Shown here: positions 25,746-34,724 of the stretch, one piece after another
Layout of the letters: the number at the start of each line of letters is the position of its first letter
How positions within the stretch are numbered: the stretch's first letter is position 1
The notes under the pieces: model-generated
Database searches by the model: none
What the model saw: the letters and a program-made list of their open reading frames with translations, nothing else
What the model was told of the DNA's origin: nothing
Program-made: the position numbers and the translations under genes
Source: a virus
Taxonomy: Duplodnaviria; Heunggongvirae; Uroviricota; Caudoviricetes
Length of the DNA stretch: 64,000 nt
Virus record (IMG/VR): IMGVR_UViG_3300042564_004737
Reading direction: 5' to 3' (one strand)

Positions 25746-25833
25746 TGGCGGAAGTGGTAGGATTCGAACCCACGATACCTTGCGATATGACTGATTAGTA
25801 ATCAGCTGCCTTAGGCCACTCAGCCACACTTCC
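25746..25833 (-). tRNA. class II tRNA, Ser-type body, apparent anticodon ACT (unusual)
   Basis: 88 nt; perfect acceptor GGAAGTG/CACTTCC; anticodon arm GCTGA-TTACTAA-TCAGT; D-arm like tRNA-Ser(TGA) at 29145. Confidence 0.5.
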
Positions 25834-26333
25834 TAAACTCGTTCATTGACTCGAACACGATGTCGTGCAGTGGCCAATCCTTTGAAGCGATCCGCAGCAT
25901 AACTGGCAGCAAACGCTTCGGGTTTGACCAATGGTGTTATGTTGCAGGTTCCTTTTATATAGCCAATGGCCTGTGCAATCACACAGCTGGATCCGTGGCG
26001 TTCGTCTGGATTGATGTCCAAGTGTACTTCCACTTCTCGGCCGTTCAGCACTTCGCCCAGCCGATGATACATGTCAGAAACTTTGTACACTTCGTTCATC
26101 AGTCGCATGCTGGGCCGTGCAGTTTTTTGATCATAGTCACGCTCGCGGCACACTTCGCCAAATATCTTGCATCCGCTGTTGCCGTTGATATGCACCACAA
26201 TGGCCAGTGTGTAATCGGCCCACCATTCGTTGTTGATTCGGATTCGTTCGCTGTCGCAACCCAAATAGATGCGAGTCATTGGGCCTTGTGCTTCTATGAA
26301 TTGTTTTACTTTTACAAGATTAATGGTTTGCAT
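25833..26333 (-). CDS. hypothetical protein
   Basis: 166-aa ORF directly abutting tRNA. Confidence 0.45.
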   Translation of the reverse strand: MQTINLVKVKQFIEAQGPMTRIYLGCDSERIRINNEWWADYTLAIVVHINGNSGCKIFGEVCRERDYDQKTARPSMRLMNEVYKVSDMYHRLGEVLNGREVEVHLDINPDERHGSSCVIAQAIGYIKGTCNITPLVKPEAFAASYAADRFKGLATARHRVRVNERV

Positions 26334-26361
26334 AATTTTCTCAAATCGATCAACATAAAAA

Positions 26362-26435
26362 CTGGAGCGGGATGGGGGAATCGAACCCCCGACTTTAGAT
26401 TGGAAATCTAAGGTAATACCATTTTACGAATCCCG
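26362..26435 (-). tRNA. tRNA-Gly(TCC)
   Basis: anticodon loop TTTCCAA; T-arm GGGGG-TTCGATT-CCCCC. Confidence 0.8.
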
Positions 26436-26557
26436 CAATAGTGTACCGATGCTTATACAAGCAGGAGCATTGCTCGGTACCACACAAAGGCAGGATTTAA
26501 AAAGAGCCTGCACTCTGACTACTCTATTTACTCTTTAAAATTCAACTGTGAATTAAC

Positions 26558-26635
26558 TGGAGTAGCGGGTGAGATTCGAACTCACGGTTTTAGGGATTTG
26601 CAATCCCTTGCATTGGGCCTCTCTGCCACCGCTAC
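26558..26635 (-). tRNA. tRNA-Cys(GCA)
   Basis: anticodon arm AGGGA-TTGCAAA-TCCCT; perfect acceptor. Confidence 0.8.
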
Positions 26636-26650
26636 TTTAAAATTCCAGGC

Positions 26651-27253
26651 CTACATTGTAGGACCATTGCCGTTACGAAAACCCACTGACCCACCTTCTG
26701 CTTCGATGCGTTTGATCACATCTTCAAACAGTATCGGTGCAAAGTCAGTCTGTTCCACGCATACACAATGATAGCGTGGATCAATCTCGTCGCTGTACAA
26801 GATTTCACCAGTTCTAGCATCAACTCCACGGGCTTTGCGTACACGATTTGCGTGAGTATGTCCGTGTATGTTGACGCCAAAACGCCCCAAGCTGTCACTG
26901 TGTACAGGAATGTGGCTAAGGATCATGCCGTTCATCACATGGTACGCCCGTAATTCACGAAAGTATTCACGATACTCTTCATCACGGAAGATATCATGGT
27001 TGCCACGGATTAACACCTTGTCGCCGTTCAATCTGGCCAGAGTCTTTAATGCTTTGCGGTTTATAACCACATCACCCAAGTGATATACCTTGTCCGTGGG
27101 TTTAACTCGTTTGTTCCAGGCCGTGACCATGGCTTCGTCCATTTCCTCAGCACTATCCCACGGGCGTAATTTGGTGACACCATCGTTGCGGGTAAAGCGG
27201 CATACACCCATGTGTCCAAAGTGCGTGTCGCTGACTAAAAATACACTAGGCAT
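26651..27253 (-). CDS. calcineurin-like metallophosphoesterase
   Basis: 'VSDTHFGH', 'GDVV', 'GNHD' motifs; promoter motif 27279-27293. Confidence 0.75.
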   Translation of the reverse strand: MPSVFLVSDTHFGHMGVCRFTRNDGVTKLRPWDSAEEMDEAMVTAWNKRVKPTDKVYHLGDVVINRKALKTLARLNGDKVLIRGNHDIFRDEEYREYFRELRAYHVMNGMILSHIPVHSDSLGRFGVNIHGHTHANRVRKARGVDARTGEILYSDEIDPRYHCVCVEQTDFAPILFEDVIKRIEAEGGSVGFRNGNGPTM

Positions 27254-27359
27254 CTTGCCCTCCTTTTCTTGCGTTGTAACCTATATTATAGCAGATTGTG
27301 GCTTTGCAGTCAATCAAACGGCTGTTGTAATTATATCGTACTATAGTTAAATATAGTAA

Positions 27360-27554
27360 ATGAAATATTCTTTGTTGTTTGTGTTGTTGGCAGGCTCTAC
27401 AGCATTAAATGCTGTGGCACCACCAACGGAAAAATTAGACAAGAATGAACAATGGGTGTGTACACTGTGGAGTTGGTCGGGCCAAGCTCCCAATAGAGAA
27501 GTTTGGTGTCGACGCTGGGAAAAGCAATTTAAACCTTATATTCTACGATCATGA
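27360..27554 (+). CDS. small secreted protein
   Basis: signal peptide MKYSLLFVLLAGSTALNA; plus strand. Confidence 0.4.
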   Translation: MKYSLLFVLLAGSTALNAVAPPTEKLDKNEQWVCTLWSWSGQAPNREVWCRRWEKQFKPYILRS

Positions 27555-28036
27555 TTGACCCTGTGACAATTGGCCTGGCATTCACTGCGGCACAGCAAGC
27601 AATTGGCGGCATTAAAAAAGCCATTGCCATGGGCAAAGACATCAACAGCTTATACGGACAGTTTAGTTCATTTTTTCAAAATTGCGACAAAGTTTATGTG
27701 GCCAATGTCAAGCTGATGAATTCTACTTCTTTGCTGAGCAATGGAGAAATTGCTTCAAGATCTTTGCAAACTGCCATGCACAGCAAAGCACTGCGGGACG
27801 CTGAAAAAGAACTTAAAGAAATGCTGATCTGGTCCGGCAACAAAGATGTCTGGGATCAAATGCAGTCCGAGCGAGTGCGTATGTACAAAGAACGAGCAGA
27901 AGTTGAAAGAAAAATGGCAGCAGCCAATCGCAAAGCACAAGAAGACATATTACAAACATTTCTTGTGTTTTCTTGTTTTGTGGCCATTGCAATTCCGGCA
28001 TTTTTTCTCAGCCTGGTAATGCTATCCAGAGCCTAA
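27551..28036 (+). CDS. coiled-coil protein with C-terminal transmembrane anchor
   Basis: 161 aa; C-terminal hydrophobic FLVFSCFVAIAIPAFFLSLVML; plus strand. Confidence 0.4.
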   Translation: MIDPVTIGLAFTAAQQAIGGIKKAIAMGKDINSLYGQFSSFFQNCDKVYVANVKLMNSTSLLSNGEIASRSLQTAMHSKALRDAEKELKEMLIWSGNKDVWDQMQSERVRMYKERAEVERKMAAANRKAQEDILQTFLVFSCFVAIAIPAFFLSLVMLSRA

Positions 28037-28043
28037 CCCAGTA

Positions 28044-28517
28044 TTACACATGCCAGATTTCAACAAACCCTTCTTCTTCGGTAGGCATTTCAAATTTGAT
28101 GATCATATCTTGTACTATTTCATCAGGAATGTGCTTGCCCGGACGACTGTTTAATCTGCGAGCATGTTCCGGTGCATCGGGTGTCCGAAATACCACAGCA
28201 ATGTGCTCATAGTTGGGCAACTCAACAAACTTCTTTCGACGGCTTTTAACTGTGGTGCTGGTCTGATCCCAAACAATATCTAACTGATATGCCGCAGCCA
28301 TGTTAACATTTATCAGCATCTGTTTGACAGCAGTGGGCATGTATTCCTCAAACACTTCACTGTAGGTTTTGCCTTGATCATTGGCATATCCTTCCACATG
28401 CTGATCTGTGGACACATACTTGTGATCTTTTTTATCTTCACCCAACCACTCTTGGTTACGGTACCAAGTGGTTTTGCCCGATGCAGGCACTCCGATCAGT
28501 TGATAACATTTTGGCAT
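28044..28517 (-). CDS. P-loop NTPase, polynucleotide-kinase/AAA_33-like
   Basis: Walker A 'GVPASGKTT' near N-terminus, 157 aa. Confidence 0.55.
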   Translation of the reverse strand: MPKCYQLIGVPASGKTTWYRNQEWLGEDKKDHKYVSTDQHVEGYANDQGKTYSEVFEEYMPTAVKQMLINVNMAAAYQLDIVWDQTSTTVKSRRKKFVELPNYEHIAVVFRTPDAPEHARRLNSRPGKHIPDEIVQDMIIKFEMPTEEEGFVEIWHV

Positions 28518-28540
28518 AGTGTGATTGCTTTTATATACTT

Positions 28541-28617
28541 GGTGCCCTAGGAGAGACTCGAACTCTCAGCTTACGGCTTCTAAGACCGCTGTGTCTACCA
28601 ATTTCACCACCAGGGCA
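28541..28617 (-). tRNA. tRNA-Leu(TAG)
   Basis: anticodon loop CTTAGAA; D-arm shared with Leu(TAA); only 77 nt (short variable arm). Confidence 0.6.
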
Positions 28618-28624
28618 TATATCT

Positions 28625-28798
28625 TTACTTGCTATCTGTGCCACGATCCTTGCTGCTTTTGACAACAACACCGCTGCATAGCTGTGCATCAACCATCATG
28701 CGCTTGAACGCATTGCGTATGGTTTGATCTTTGAATGGCAGCAAGGTCATCAATGTTTTGTTGCGCTTGCTGAACTTAAAAGTTTTTGTTGGGGTCAT
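28625..28798 (-). CDS. small basic protein (57 aa)
   Basis: MTPTKTFKFSKRNK...; track ORF N-terminus overlaps tRNA so trimmed. Confidence 0.35.
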   Translation of the reverse strand: MTPTKTFKFSKRNKTLMTLLPFKDQTIRNAFKRMMVDAQLCSGVVVKSSKDRGTDSK

Positions 28799-28841
28799 GA
28801 TTGCTTTCTTTAATTTAACTTGATTAACTGACTTATTTAAA

Positions 28842-28928
28842 TGGTGCTCCGAGCCGGAATCGAACCGGCACACCCTTGCGAGCGAGAGATTTTAAGTCTC
28901 TTGTGTCTACCTATTTCACCATCAGAGC
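28842..28928 (-). tRNA. tRNA-Leu(TAA), class II
   Basis: 87 nt; anticodon arm AGAGA-CTTAAAA-TCTCT. Confidence 0.8.
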
Positions 28929-28969
28929 ATTGTTCTATTATAACTTGTTTGTTGATCTTTGTCAACCAT

Positions 28970-29055
28970 TGGTGCCCCCACTGAGATTCGAACTCAGATT
29001 TTTTTAAAATACTCCCTTTTGAGGAGAGTGACTTTACCAATTTGTCTATGGGGGC
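28970..29055 (-). tRNA. tRNA-Leu(CAA), class II
   Basis: 86 nt; anticodon loop CTCAAAA; perfect acceptor GCCCCCA/TGGGGGC. Confidence 0.7.
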
Positions 29056-29060
29056 ATGTT

Positions 29061-29135
29061 TGGCGCGGCCAGCAGGAATCGAACCCACATTCACGGTGTA
29101 GAAGACCGCTGTATTATCCGTTATACTATGGCCGC
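29061..29135 (-). tRNA. tRNA-Arg(TCT)
   Basis: anticodon loop CTTCTAC. Confidence 0.75.
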
Positions 29136-29144
29136 AAATTGCAT

Positions 29145-29234
29145 TGGTGGAAGCGGTGAGATTCGAACTCACGGACCCTTTCGAGCCGGCAGTTTTCAAG
29201 ACTGCTGCAATAAACCGGACTCTGCCACGCTTCC
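29145..29234 (-). tRNA. tRNA-Ser(TGA), class II
   Basis: 90 nt; anticodon loop CTTGAAA. Confidence 0.8.
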
Positions 29235-29286
29235 ATTGCTTGTATTAACTTATCTAAATTTTATATTAATGAACTGTACAGCAACT

Positions 29287-29321
29287 ACTCGATCGTTTGT
29301 TGCCAATTGTCTATTGTAGCA
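29287..29321 (-). promoter_or_regulatory. tRNA-operon promoter (CTACTCGATCGTTTG box + TGCTACAATAGACAA)
   Basis: near-identical to 25461-25502. Confidence 0.55.
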
Positions 29322-29344
29322 CAGTCAGCAATCTGTGTCAACTG

Positions 29345-29392
29345 CTTTATTGTACATTGTCATGTAACCATTTCCAATATTCTTCTGCGGTC
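29345..29392 (-). other. possible 15-aa leader ORF (MTAEEYWKWLHDNVQ) with AAGGAG RBS between terminator and promoter
   Basis: strong SD spacing; function unknown. Confidence 0.2.
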
Positions 29393-29417
29393 ATACAGTT
29401 CTCCTTGTAGTGCATAA

Positions 29418-29460
29418 TGAAAAACCCCGGAGTTTTTAGTTCCAGGGTCCTTGAAGTTTG
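29418..29460 (-). terminator. rho-independent terminator with conserved flank (copy 2 of 22368-22412 module)
   Basis: ccctgg-aacuaaaaacu-ccgggg then UUUUUCAUU on minus strand; CAAACTTCAAGGACCCTGG conserved. Confidence 0.55.
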
Positions 29461-29636
29461 GGTTGTTAAATTATTTTAACTGTGCCAACCATTCGGGATC
29501 CGGAACTGTTCTAGTCTCAAAGACGCAGATAGCCCTGTGTTCGAGATACACAAAGAGGACAAGAGTGAGTGAATGGTATTCATTATGATTTATTTATCTT
29601 TTATATCAAACAACAATTATAATCCATAAATATTTT

Positions 29637-30659
29637 ATGCTGAGACTTTCTGACATTCGTCAAGTACAAATTGAATTAACTACCCGTTGCAATGCTCGTT
29701 GTCCCATGTGTATGCGGAACTATCGTGGTCTGGAGTTTAATTCTGGATATCCAGTTACTGAATTAACCCTGGACAACATTAAACAAATACTTCCTGTGAG
29801 TTTCTTACAGCAACTAACATCTGGTGTAAGTTTCAATGGAAATCTCGGGGATTTTGGATTGGCTCGCGATGCTCAAGAAATTGTACACTACTTGGCAGAT
29901 CTAGCAGTACCAGTTTATATCAACACCAATGGCAGTATGCGTACACCTGACTGGTGGGCTGCGTTGGCACGACCCGGCGTTCGCATTGGATTTGCACTGG
30001 ATGGGTTAGCCGACACACACAGTCTATACCGCTTGGATACAGATTGGAATCGAGTCATTGAAAACGCCACGGCATTTATTCGTGCTGGCGGCCATGCCAT
30101 CTGGAGATTTGTTCCATTTGACCATAATCGTCATCAGCAAACAGACTGCAAAAAATTATCCAAAGAGTTGGGATTTGCCAGATTTGAAAACATTGACGAA
30201 GGACGCAACCGTGGCCCAGCATTTACTCGTACAGGTGAATTTACTCATCACATCGGCCAACCGTATGATTCAGGCACACCCGACATCAAACCTTTGTTGC
30301 AAAGTCATCTCACATGGTTTGATCCTGCCACTGTAAAAATTGATAAAGATTGTCAGCCCTTGAATATCACTTGTCAGCACAACCGACTAAAAGAAATTTA
30401 TATTGCTGCTGACGCAACAGTGTATCCCTGTTGCTTCCTGGGGTTCTATCCGACCACAATGAATCATCCCGGCAATCAACAGTTGTTGCCCTTGATCAAA
30501 GAAAACAATGCACTAGAGCACAGCCTTGAACACTGTATTGAGTGGTTCAATGCAGTGGAAGAAACCTGGAAAAAGGACAGCATTGCCGCCGGCAGACTGT
30601 ATGGATGTGTCAACAGTTGCGGTGGCCGAACCGTGGTTACACCAACTGCTGTTGCTTGA
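29637..30659 (+). CDS. radical SAM enzyme with Cys-rich C-terminal (SPASM/twitch-like) domain
   Basis: 'TTRCNARCPMCMRN' CxxxCxxC; C-terminal cysteine cluster; plus strand. Confidence 0.65.
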   Translation: MLRLSDIRQVQIELTTRCNARCPMCMRNYRGLEFNSGYPVTELTLDNIKQILPVSFLQQLTSGVSFNGNLGDFGLARDAQEIVHYLADLAVPVYINTNGSMRTPDWWAALARPGVRIGFALDGLADTHSLYRLDTDWNRVIENATAFIRAGGHAIWRFVPFDHNRHQQTDCKKLSKELGFARFENIDEGRNRGPAFTRTGEFTHHIGQPYDSGTPDIKPLLQSHLTWFDPATVKIDKDCQPLNITCQHNRLKEIYIAADATVYPCCFLGFYPTTMNHPGNQQLLPLIKENNALEHSLEHCIEWFNAVEETWKKDSIAAGRLYGCVNSCGGRTVVTPTAVA

Positions 30660-31356
30660 TATAATCAATTAAAAAGCTGTTCAACACCTGGTGGTGCCCG
30701 GACTCACGATGTCTCATTGTGTCGGGCACCAGGTGTATGGGGGTATTGCCGTAGTTCATAGCCGGAACACCTTGCATGTGTTGCCATTCAACGGCCAGCC
30801 AGGCATAGCCGCCCAAGATGTTAGTAGTTTTCCTGAACAGGTCAAGCCTAGGGTCATGAATGCAATGCTGATACACATCGTCGGCCTGTTGATACACCAG
30901 CACACGGTGTCCACGCTGCTTCAAGTCAGCAATCATGGAAACAATTTTATACATCAGATCCTCAGTGCGATCCAGTATGCTGTAGATTTCACTTTTTAAT
31001 TTGATGTCTACAAATTGATCTGTTTCTGCCGCACCCCAGCCGTACTGCCAGTGTTTGGCAAACTGTTGATTCTGCGGATTGGTCCAACGTCCTTCAAACT
31101 CAGACTGATTTTCCAGGATCGGTATTTCCAGTCGGCTTAAGAAAGTCATTCCCAGTACATAAAAGGTCGGCTGTGTTGTCTGGTAACTGTGTTTGAGTGT
31201 GGTGCGAATAATACGAGTGTTGGCGCTGCCGCCAATGGCCAAACTTTCCGAAGTGTTCATGCCTAGGCGCTCGGCCAAATCCACATGGCCATTGCCAGCA
31301 GCATATGCTTCCATATAACTGCAACCATTCACAACCAAGTGATCAACTGATGCCAT
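30637..31356 (-). CDS. SGNH-hydrolase-like paralog (Cys variant, NGCSY)
   Basis: 'VVNGCSYMEAYAAGNG...ANTRIIRTT' aligns with NGDSHTAGSN...ARILRTT of 36857..37483. Confidence 0.45.
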   Translation of the reverse strand: MASVDHLVVNGCSYMEAYAAGNGHVDLAERLGMNTSESLAIGGSANTRIIRTTLKHSYQTTQPTFYVLGMTFLSRLEIPILENQSEFEGRWTNPQNQQFAKHWQYGWGAAETDQFVDIKLKSEIYSILDRTEDLMYKIVSMIADLKQRGHRVLVYQQADDVYQHCIHDPRLDLFRKTTNILGGYAWLAVEWQHMQGVPAMNYGNTPIHLVPDTMRHRESGHHQVLNSFLIDYIKQQQLV

Positions 31357-32161
31357 GGTCTTGAGTAATACGTCGATACCAATTGTCTGCTATGGCTGCC
31401 TGTCCTGCAGGGCTGGTGTGATATCCAGGATCTTCGCCCACAAACGGGTAGCGGCTATAAGCAGCAAGTACACTTTCTGCTTGGTCTAGCATGATGTAAT
31501 GATCAGGGATCACTTTATTAAATGCATTGCGCCATTGGTGCTCATTGGCATGGTCAAATGGCCACAGCAACACAGGCTGTACTAGAAACTTTAATCCATC
31601 GTGATACATTTGTAAAATACCTTCGTGTATGATCCATTCGTCCTGTTGTTTTTTCCAAGCATTGTCGTAGATGCTGTCAATCCAGGCCTGTACGCCGCGT
31701 TGTGCATCTCGGCTGATGCGAGCCATTCTGTAAGGATGATCAAAATTTTCTGCCAGGGTAAAGATGGTTTCGCAAATCATATTGCTGGGTTCTTTGCCAT
31801 AGTTGACATTTTTCAGGCCGTCTTCTCGCCGGTAACCATTGCCGCGTGTACGATCTTGTAGATGCTTTTCCAGTGGTGGGCCTTCGCCACGGCTGGGCGG
31901 TTGCGTCCAGTCGTACGGTGCTGAGTTTGCTGGAATCTCCATGCGATCCCAGAATGTGGGAGTGACAATGGCAAAGTCCGGCTGTTGTTTGCGAATCTCT
32001 TCCATTTGGATTCTGATGCCGCCGTTGCTACAGCCCTGTCTGGCCAGATTGACCAAGTCCCAGCCCAGTCTAGCTGCCAGTACCTCACTCCAGCTGGTAC
32101 CGTCGTTGCTTTTTGTTGGCGCACTGAAACTGCAACCTGCTACCATTAATTTCTTTTTCAT
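31343..32161 (-). CDS. SGNH-hydrolase-like paralog (Cys variant, AGCSF)
   Basis: 'MVAGCSFSAPTKSNDG' N-terminal block similar to paralogs. Confidence 0.35.
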   Translation of the reverse strand: MKKKLMVAGCSFSAPTKSNDGTSWSEVLAARLGWDLVNLARQGCSNGGIRIQMEEIRKQQPDFAIVTPTFWDRMEIPANSAPYDWTQPPSRGEGPPLEKHLQDRTRGNGYRREDGLKNVNYGKEPSNMICETIFTLAENFDHPYRMARISRDAQRGVQAWIDSIYDNAWKKQQDEWIIHEGILQMYHDGLKFLVQPVLLWPFDHANEHQWRNAFNKVIPDHYIMLDQAESVLAAYSRYPFVGEDPGYHTSPAGQAAIADNWYRRITQDHGIS

Positions 32162-32730
32162 AAATTATACTCGTTTACATGTATGGTGGGGTGAAAATCA
32201 GCAACTATGTCTCGATGCAATGGAAACTCGTTTAGAGAATACACACCCGGTTCTATAGTATATTTAACTGTGCCTTGCCCAGGTCCTGCAAAAGTCACAA
32301 GGTTGGGATGAGGGCCAACAGCTTGATTTACAAACACATGGTGAATGTGTCCGTACTCGCCCTGGGCATTGTGAGTCAATACCAAATCATAATCTGCTAT
32401 AGTTGATTGTATATCAGCACGGGCCGAACCTTCATCAAAGCTGATGTGTTTATTTTCTATATCATGCCAATCGTCTACATATCCTAAAAATTTAGTTTCG
32501 CAATTGCGCCTGTTCCAAAAATTTACAAACTCTTGTCCTCGTGGGTCTGTAGCAGTATAGGTAACATAACATATAGTCCAATGATATTCTGGATGATTGT
32601 GTATAAAACTATAAGCAAAGATCACACAGTCGTCAGGATGCGCAACCACACATACTGCTTTCATAGAATGCCCCTGCTGGCTAAGAAATTGGTATATTGT
32701 GTTTGTTGCACGGGAGTCAATTCGGTCCAT
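32158..32730 (-). CDS. PIG-L/LmbE-family N-deacetylase
   Basis: 'VVAHPDDCVIFAYSF' = AHPDDE-type motif near N-terminus. Confidence 0.65.
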   Translation of the reverse strand: MDRIDSRATNTIYQFLSQQGHSMKAVCVVAHPDDCVIFAYSFIHNHPEYHWTICYVTYTATDPRGQEFVNFWNRRNCETKFLGYVDDWHDIENKHISFDEGSARADIQSTIADYDLVLTHNAQGEYGHIHHVFVNQAVGPHPNLVTFAGPGQGTVKYTIEPGVYSLNEFPLHRDIVADFHPTIHVNEYNL

Positions 32731-33461
32731 GCTCTGCGATGTACACTAACTGTGGTAGCACTGGCCATTGTTTTAAATATACGATCAAAACTGGCCACTT
32801 CGCTGTGACAAAGATTACACGGCTGCAGATTGGATTTTGAAACATTGTACAACGAATTAAAATCACCGTACTGATACTGTATCCATCCTGAATACAAAAT
32901 AAATTCTGTCAGCATGCCTTGACTTTGGAACCAGCTGGCAAATGTCTGTTGAGTGTGGGACTCTATCCACTTGATCATTTCCCGAGCTTGACCATTGTTG
33001 ATTACGAAAGGAACACCACCGGGCCCTAGTTGTTTTACAAGATCAATTCCAAACAACCGGTTGACTATCTCTTGACTGGGCACAAATACCGGATAAATCT
33101 CCAGCTGGCCTACAGCCGGCCTAGATTCCACCTCAGGCATAGGGTTAACAAAAAAAGTTTTAGCATCAAGTATTATGCTCCAATCATTGCTGCTAAAAGT
33201 GCTGGTCAACAATTTTAATGCCTGCTGACTTACCCAACCGTTTTGAACCCATGCATCTCCAAATGTATTTCTTGAAATTATTTGAACATGATCATGAAAA
33301 CGACCCCACCAGGATCGATCAATTTCGGGCACTAGATCTGTGTCTTGATTTATCACTACAAATATAGTACCCAAGTCTTTACCGTAAACTGCTAAACTCC
33401 GCGCTTGAGTTTTTAATGTTTCTAATTCGTCTTGAAATACAATTGTGATTGTATCAATCAT
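32661..33461 (-). CDS. hypothetical protein
   Basis: 266-aa ORF. Confidence 0.4.
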   Translation of the reverse strand: MIDTITIVFQDELETLKTQARSLAVYGKDLGTIFVVINQDTDLVPEIDRSWWGRFHDHVQIISRNTFGDAWVQNGWVSQQALKLLTSTFSSNDWSIILDAKTFFVNPMPEVESRPAVGQLEIYPVFVPSQEIVNRLFGIDLVKQLGPGGVPFVINNGQAREMIKWIESHTQQTFASWFQSQGMLTEFILYSGWIQYQYGDFNSLYNVSKSNLQPCNLCHSEVASFDRIFKTMASATTVSVHRRAWTELTPVQQTQYTNFLASRGIL

Positions 33462-33462
33462 G

Positions 33463-33822
33463 TTAATAATTCTTTAAGAACTTTTCCAAATCACCATACA
33501 ACTGTGCTGTCACTGCTTCGCGGCTGCCAAACATGTATACTCTCACAGGTATGCGTTTTTCAATTTCTATATAGTAAGGAGTTTGTAGTTTGCGATCTAA
33601 CGCCAACACAATGCGACTGGCTGTTGGCTTGATATCTATTCCGTAATGTGCCAGATCCAACACACGACTAAACACATAGTAACCGTGGTCAGTCAATCTC
33701 ATGCCGCCGGTCTTGCGAATGTTTGACCACCAGGATCTTGATGCAGATTCCACAGACTCGTTGAACTCTACTGGCAGCTCTGCTACCAATGCTTGAGTCA
33801 ATTTTAGTTTGTCACGCACCAC
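33463..33822 (-). CDS. hypothetical protein
   Basis: 119-aa ORF. Confidence 0.4.
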   Translation of the reverse strand: MVRDKLKLTQALVAELPVEFNESVESASRSWWSNIRKTGGMRLTDHGYYVFSRVLDLAHYGIDIKPTASRIVLALDRKLQTPYYIEIEKRIPVRVYMFGSREAVTAQLYGDLEKFLKNY

Positions 33823-34111
33823 TGGGCTGAACAGTATCGCCCTGCTTCAACAACACCACAGTGAACTTGTCAGTCTTGAATTGTGCGTTTAACTTCTTTG
33901 AAAGATTGTGAGCATGTCCGGGATTGGAGAAAGAAACTTTCTTGTATTTGGGTCCAGGAGTCTGCACCAGCATGTTGCTGGTCTTGAGATTGATCGGAGT
34001 GTCATCATAGAATACCGCCCACACGCCGGACGAAGACAACACCTGTTCTGTCTTGTAAGTGGCTTTGTTTGTGAGTTCTAAAAGAACTTTGGGTTTGGGT
34101 CTTGACATCAT
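33812..34111 (-). CDS. hypothetical protein
   Basis: 99-aa ORF. Confidence 0.4.
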   Translation of the reverse strand: MMSRPKPKVLLELTNKATYKTEQVLSSSGVWAVFYDDTPINLKTSNMLVQTPGPKYKKVSFSNPGHAHNLSKKLNAQFKTDKFTVVLLKQGDTVQPSGA

Positions 34112-34152
34112 TAAACTCCTACATTTTTATTTATGACAAATATAGGGAGTTA

Positions 34153-34362
34153 TTAGAATGAGCCGCCCCCAACTTCAATGGAAATTTTGTCGTTTTGTTG
34201 GGCAGCAACAGTCATTTCGCGCAGTTGATTCACAGTCAACAGTAGTCGTGTGATATCGGCGTGTAGATCTTTGGCATCTTTCATTGACATGGTAAAGTCT
34301 TTTGCGGCTCTGGCTTCAAAACCCTGTACACGCTCAATGAATTTTTGAATATGGATACTCAT
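34153..34362 (-). CDS. hypothetical small protein
   Basis: 69-aa ORF. Confidence 0.35.
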   Translation of the reverse strand: MSIHIQKFIERVQGFEARAAKDFTMSMKDAKDLHADITRLLLTVNQLREMTVAAQQNDKISIEVGGGSF

Positions 34363-34724
34363 TTTTTAAGATATGTTTTGAGATCTGGCGGAGTCCAACC
34401 GGTGGGCTTGAGTACCTTGCCATCTTCACGCTTGCGCACCTTGCCAGTTTCACGATCAATCTTAGCAAAGTTTGTACTCATGACTTCTTTCCAAGCACCT
34501 TCACCATCAAAGCCAGCACTGTGAATAGCACCAATTGTCACAACTAAAATATCAATCAAGGCATCCAACTGTTCGGTCATGTCGTCGTCGGCAACTGCTT
34601 GTTTGAGTTCAGCATGTTCTTCGTCTATCAGATTCAGATACATGTTGTACTGAGAAATTGCATACGCATCAGTTTTCTGATCGCATGCTCGCATGAACTT
34701 TTCTTGGTCTCTAAACGGATTCAT
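34359..34724 (-). CDS. mazG: MazG-family nucleoside triphosphate pyrophosphohydrolase
   Basis: 'IDEEHAELKQA...EQLDALIDILVVTIG' EExxE/D motif pattern; start MNPFRDQ at 34724. Confidence 0.65.
   Translation of the reverse strand: MNPFRDQEKFMRACDQKTDAYAISQYNMYLNLIDEEHAELKQAVADDDMTEQLDALIDILVVTIGAIHSAGFDGEGAWKEVMSTNFAKIDRETGKVRKREDGKVLKPTGWTPPDLKTYLKK

Noticed and set aside
28837-29319. Track ORFs 28837..29199(-), 28959..29159(+), 29056..29319(+)
   Set aside because: Span four consecutive tRNA genes (Leu-TAA, Leu-CAA, Arg-TCT, Ser-TGA); artefacts.
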